Notes under the pieces: model-generated
Database searches by the model: none
The model's input: the letters and a program-made list of their open reading frames with translations, nothing else
Told to the model about the DNA's origin: nothing
Program-made: the position numbers and the translations under genes
Part shown: in pieces, positions 60,690-64,000 of the stretch
Numbering within the stretch: the stretch's first letter is position 1
Layout of the letters: each line of letters starts with the position of its first letter
Assembly: GCF_001194135.2 (NCBI RefSeq)
Contig: NC_068993.1
Location: forward strand, 25,070,398-25,134,397
Direction of reading: 5' to 3'
DNA length: 64,000 nucleotides
DNA from: Octopus bimaculoides
Lineage: Eukaryota

Positions 60690-63600
60690 AAGTAAATTCA
60701 AATATGATTCTGAAGAAGGAGTAACCTTCGAGGTTTACTTTCAAAGATTTAAACAAATTTTTGAAAAAGAACGTCAGGATTGGATGGACGAAATGAAAAC
60801 GCATCTAGTTTTTTAAAAACTAGTGACAGCAGAGCATGAGAAGTATAGTAACTTCATATTGCCAAAAAAGCGTCCAATATAAATTTCACCAACACACTTG
60901 GCATTCTGTGCAAAATGTTTAGTGAAAAGAGCTCACTGATTAATACTAGATGGGGATGTTTAAACATAGAAAAGAGCGAAGATGAAGACATAACTACTTA
61001 CAGAGGCAGAGTCAACAAAGAATGTGAGAGATTTAGGCTGGATATGCTTACTCCAGATTCTTTCAAGTGTTTGGTTTTTGAACAAGGATTGACAGATGGA
61101 AGGGATGCAGAAATCCAAACAAAAATTCTAGCAAAACTGGAAATGAACCAGTTGGAAGAGTGTGACATGATATTGAAATTAAGGCATGACGTGGAAGAAA
61201 TTCAACGGAAAGAGTGTTTCCACATAAGACCAGTGCAAAAAAGTCGCAAGACAAATAAAGTGTTACAGGAAAAACCGAAAAAATATCCGGATGTAGACCC
61301 ATGTACAGCATGTAGTGGGATGCACCTATTTTCAGGCCCAAATGGAACATGCTGTTTGTGTCAGTAGACCAGGTCAGTAAAGAGCTAGAAAAGTTAGAAC
61401 ACCCGAATATAATTGAAAAGATTGACCATGCAGAATGGGCAGTACTGGCGGTCTACGTAAAAAATAATAATAATAAGCTAAGAGTGTGCGCAGACTTCTC
61501 AAACAGGTTAAATAACTGTTTGCTTGCACACAGTTACCCACTACCAAACCCAGAAGTATTTGCTAAACTAAACGGAGGAAAATTTTTTCAAAGTTGGACC
61601 TCTCAAAAGCATAGCTTCGAATTCAGTTAGAGGAAGATTGAACACATCTACTAACAATCAAGATTCACCATGGATTGTACAAGTTCAAACGACTGCCATT
61701 TGGAGTAAAAGTGGCACCCATCATATTCCAACAAATAATGGAGTGATGTTAAGTGACTGCGACTTTGCCATCACATACATCGATGACATTTTGATAAAAA
61801 GTGAGATTTGGGTGTAACACATGAAGAAAGTATTCGAAGAACTAAGTGAATATGGACTAAAACTGACTGAAGAAAAATGTGAATTTTTGATGGAACAATT
61901 AAAATATCTAGGTCAGGTAATCGACGAAAGTGGATGCAGACCAGACCCATCAAGGGCGACAGCAATACAAAATATGCCACCCCTGACAGACGTGACAATG
62001 CTATAAGCATTCCTAGGCTTGATAAATTATTACCAAATGTACATCCCAAATATACATAAGGTAAGGGCACAACTTAATGAATTATTTTTAAAAAAAATAC
62101 CAAATGGGTTTTGACAGAAATGCCAGAAAGCATTTGAGTTCAAAGTTGTGTTAACTTCAGACTTGTATCTTACACATTTCAACCCAAAGTTAGAAATAAT
62201 ACTAGCTACAGATGCTAGTGAGTATGGAATAGGAGCCGTACTCCTACACAAGGACAACAATGGCAAGAGAAATGCCGTAGCTCACACATCAAGGATATTA
62301 TTGCCGACAGAAAAGAGCTATAGTCAGATTGAAAAAGAGGCATTGGTTATTATATTTGGCATAAAAAAAGTTCCACAGGTTCATTCATGGCAGAGGTTTT
62401 TGGTTGCAAACTGATCATAGACTTCTAATAATGATATATGGATACAAGAAAGGAATCCCAACACATACGGCAAACAGACTGCAGTGGTGGGGTACCATTC
62501 TATTAAACTACAATTATAGAATGGAATATCTGCCTTCAAAAAAGTTGGGGCATGCTAATGGTCTGTTTAGGTTAATTCTGAGAAATAATGAACCACTGGA
62601 TGACACTGCAATAGCAACGCTAAGAGTGGAAGCAGAAACAAAAGAAGTGATGTGGAACATTGTATGTGAACTACCAGTAACTTTGGAAGAAATAAAAAGA
62701 AATGCAACAAATGACAAATTTATTAATGAGACAAAAAGAAAACTGTGGTCGACAAAAGTAAATAAAGAAAGGTCTGATGCAAATAACTGCCAAGATGTGA
62801 GCGTGTACTGTATATGTAATGGCGTATTAATGTATGCTTAGAGGGTGGTCATACCACAGACATTACAGAAGAGAATGCTAAAAGAGTTCCATGTGGGACA
62901 TCTAGGTATCTCTAGAATGAAAGTGCTGATGTGAAGTTTTGTATACTGGCCAAGCATGGACAAGGAAGTTGAAAACCTGGTAAAAGGCTGCAGAGGATGT
63001 GTGCTGGCAGTGCAACTACCGACTACGAAATGTGAACCTTGGCCAGAAGTGAAAATATCACGGTCCCAATTGCATATCAATTCTGCAGGCCCGATAAATG
63101 GATATTATTACTTAATAGTAGTGGACAGCCACATAAAATGGCCTGAGATCGCGAGGTGTAAACGACCAACCTCGTATATGGTAATAAACTTCTTACATGA
63201 GCTGTTCACAAGATTTGGTGTACCAGACATAATTATCTCTAATAATGGAACACAGTTTGTATCCTGAGTTTAAAAGATTCTGTGAAATGTTTGTTAGAAC
63301 TTAAAACTATATCACCTTAGATCGAATGGAAGGGCCGAACGGATCATGGACATTTTAAAGAAAGCTAATAAGGAAGCCATGGACAAGGTCATGATTCAAC
63401 AATTCTTAAGGGTATACAGGATAACTCCGAACCCAAATGCACCAGAAGGTAATTCACCAACAGAATTAATGTTTGCCAGGAAGGTGAAGTCGGTTACCAG
63501 TGAAGAAAAAATATGTGCTAGTAAAGACATGTCAAAATTCTTTAGAATTGATGATAAGGTATATGTAAGAATGTACGAAAATGGCAACCAATACTGGTAA

Positions 63601-64000
63601 GAAGGAGAAATTGTAACATAATTAGGAAGAATGATGTATGGTGTAAGAAGCAGAAATGGAATGAATAGGAGACAAAGAAATCAGCTTATGGAAAGAGTCA
63701 TAGAAAAGGAACCAACAAGAGTAGAAATACAGATGGATTGGCTATATGACATTTTTAGGTCCCAACACCATGACAAGGAGTCAAAACCACATGTACAAGG
63801 AAAAGAAAGAACATTGGATTCTTGAAAGTAGACCTTAAGAAGCAAAGATATTGTGTAAATAAAAAGAAAAAAAGGTGAAGGTGGGGTGAATAAAAGAAAT
63901 TGATTGTTAAATAAAATAATTAAAAGGGGAGATGTATTGTGAAACTGTATACCTCTCCTGGTAAAAAGTGGTAGGAGTCAGCTATTATAAATAGATCAGT
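60690..64000 (+). mobile_element. Decayed Ty3/Gypsy LTR retrotransposon (gag, RT, RNase H, integrase; protease region deleted; 3' LTR starts 63933)
   Basis: gag YDSEEGVTFEVYF; RT LRVCADFS, YPLP, RLPFGVKVAP, YIDD; RNase H LATDASEYGIGAVL, YSQIEKEAL, TDHR; integrase LIVVDSHIKWPE, FGVPDIIISNNGTQF. PPT aaaaggggaga|TG. Confidence 0.9.

Larger units (their letters stand above)
59830..60690. mobile_element. Penelope-like element with inverted structure (3' end on minus 59830-60283; RT on plus 60284-60690)
   Basis: Minus: IVDKEHHWKIRKLKEAAHMLG...SSIWKLIL* (GIY-YIG domain C-terminal tail). Plus: VIANIYMEYFE..YVDDIF..IQFTMEKE..LAFLDV..YCKPTFTGRYLNFNSHHP (PLE RT). Confidence 0.8.

Noticed and set aside
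41961-64000. Next ATP10 exon (expected W..V.VGD...IPAD...LDGE motifs)
   Set aside because: Looked for by eye on the plus strand and not found. The intron probably extends past the window, or the exon lies in a gap.

Overview
AT-rich, repeat-dense, gapped animal genomic DNA. The repeat families (tRNA-derived SINEs, RTE LINEs ending in (GAT)n) suggest an octopus draft assembly; the organism is an inference. Two host genes are arranged head-to-head. On the minus strand is a COMMD8 orthologue with three coding exons: 38258-38181, 6471-6310 and 5101-4946 (intron 1 is about 31.7 kb; the remaining exons were not found and probably lie left of the window). On the plus strand is the first large coding exon of a class-5 P4-ATPase/ATP10 flippase (about 41572-41960; no further exon found in the next 22 kb). 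The same head-to-head pair exists in human (COMMD8/ATP10D, recalled from memory). The introns are filled with decayed mobile DNA: RTE LINEs, three SINE families, mariner/Tc1 elements, a Helitron, several MITEs, an RLE-type LINE remnant, two Penelope-like remnants and two Gypsy-type LTR elements. The most notable non-coding signals are an intact-core type I hammerhead ribozyme with an 84-nt structured loop II, sense to the ATP10 intron (49284-49412), and a tRNA-like Pol III head upstream of a decayed hammerhead (59906-60096). Also notable are a 44-bp-periodic array of LTR-end/PBS motifs, a templated insertion copied from a neighbouring Helitron, and a LINE orientation bias that flips at the divergent promoter. 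All alignments and counts were done by eye. Element boundaries are approximate unless splice sites, TSDs or TIRs are quoted.
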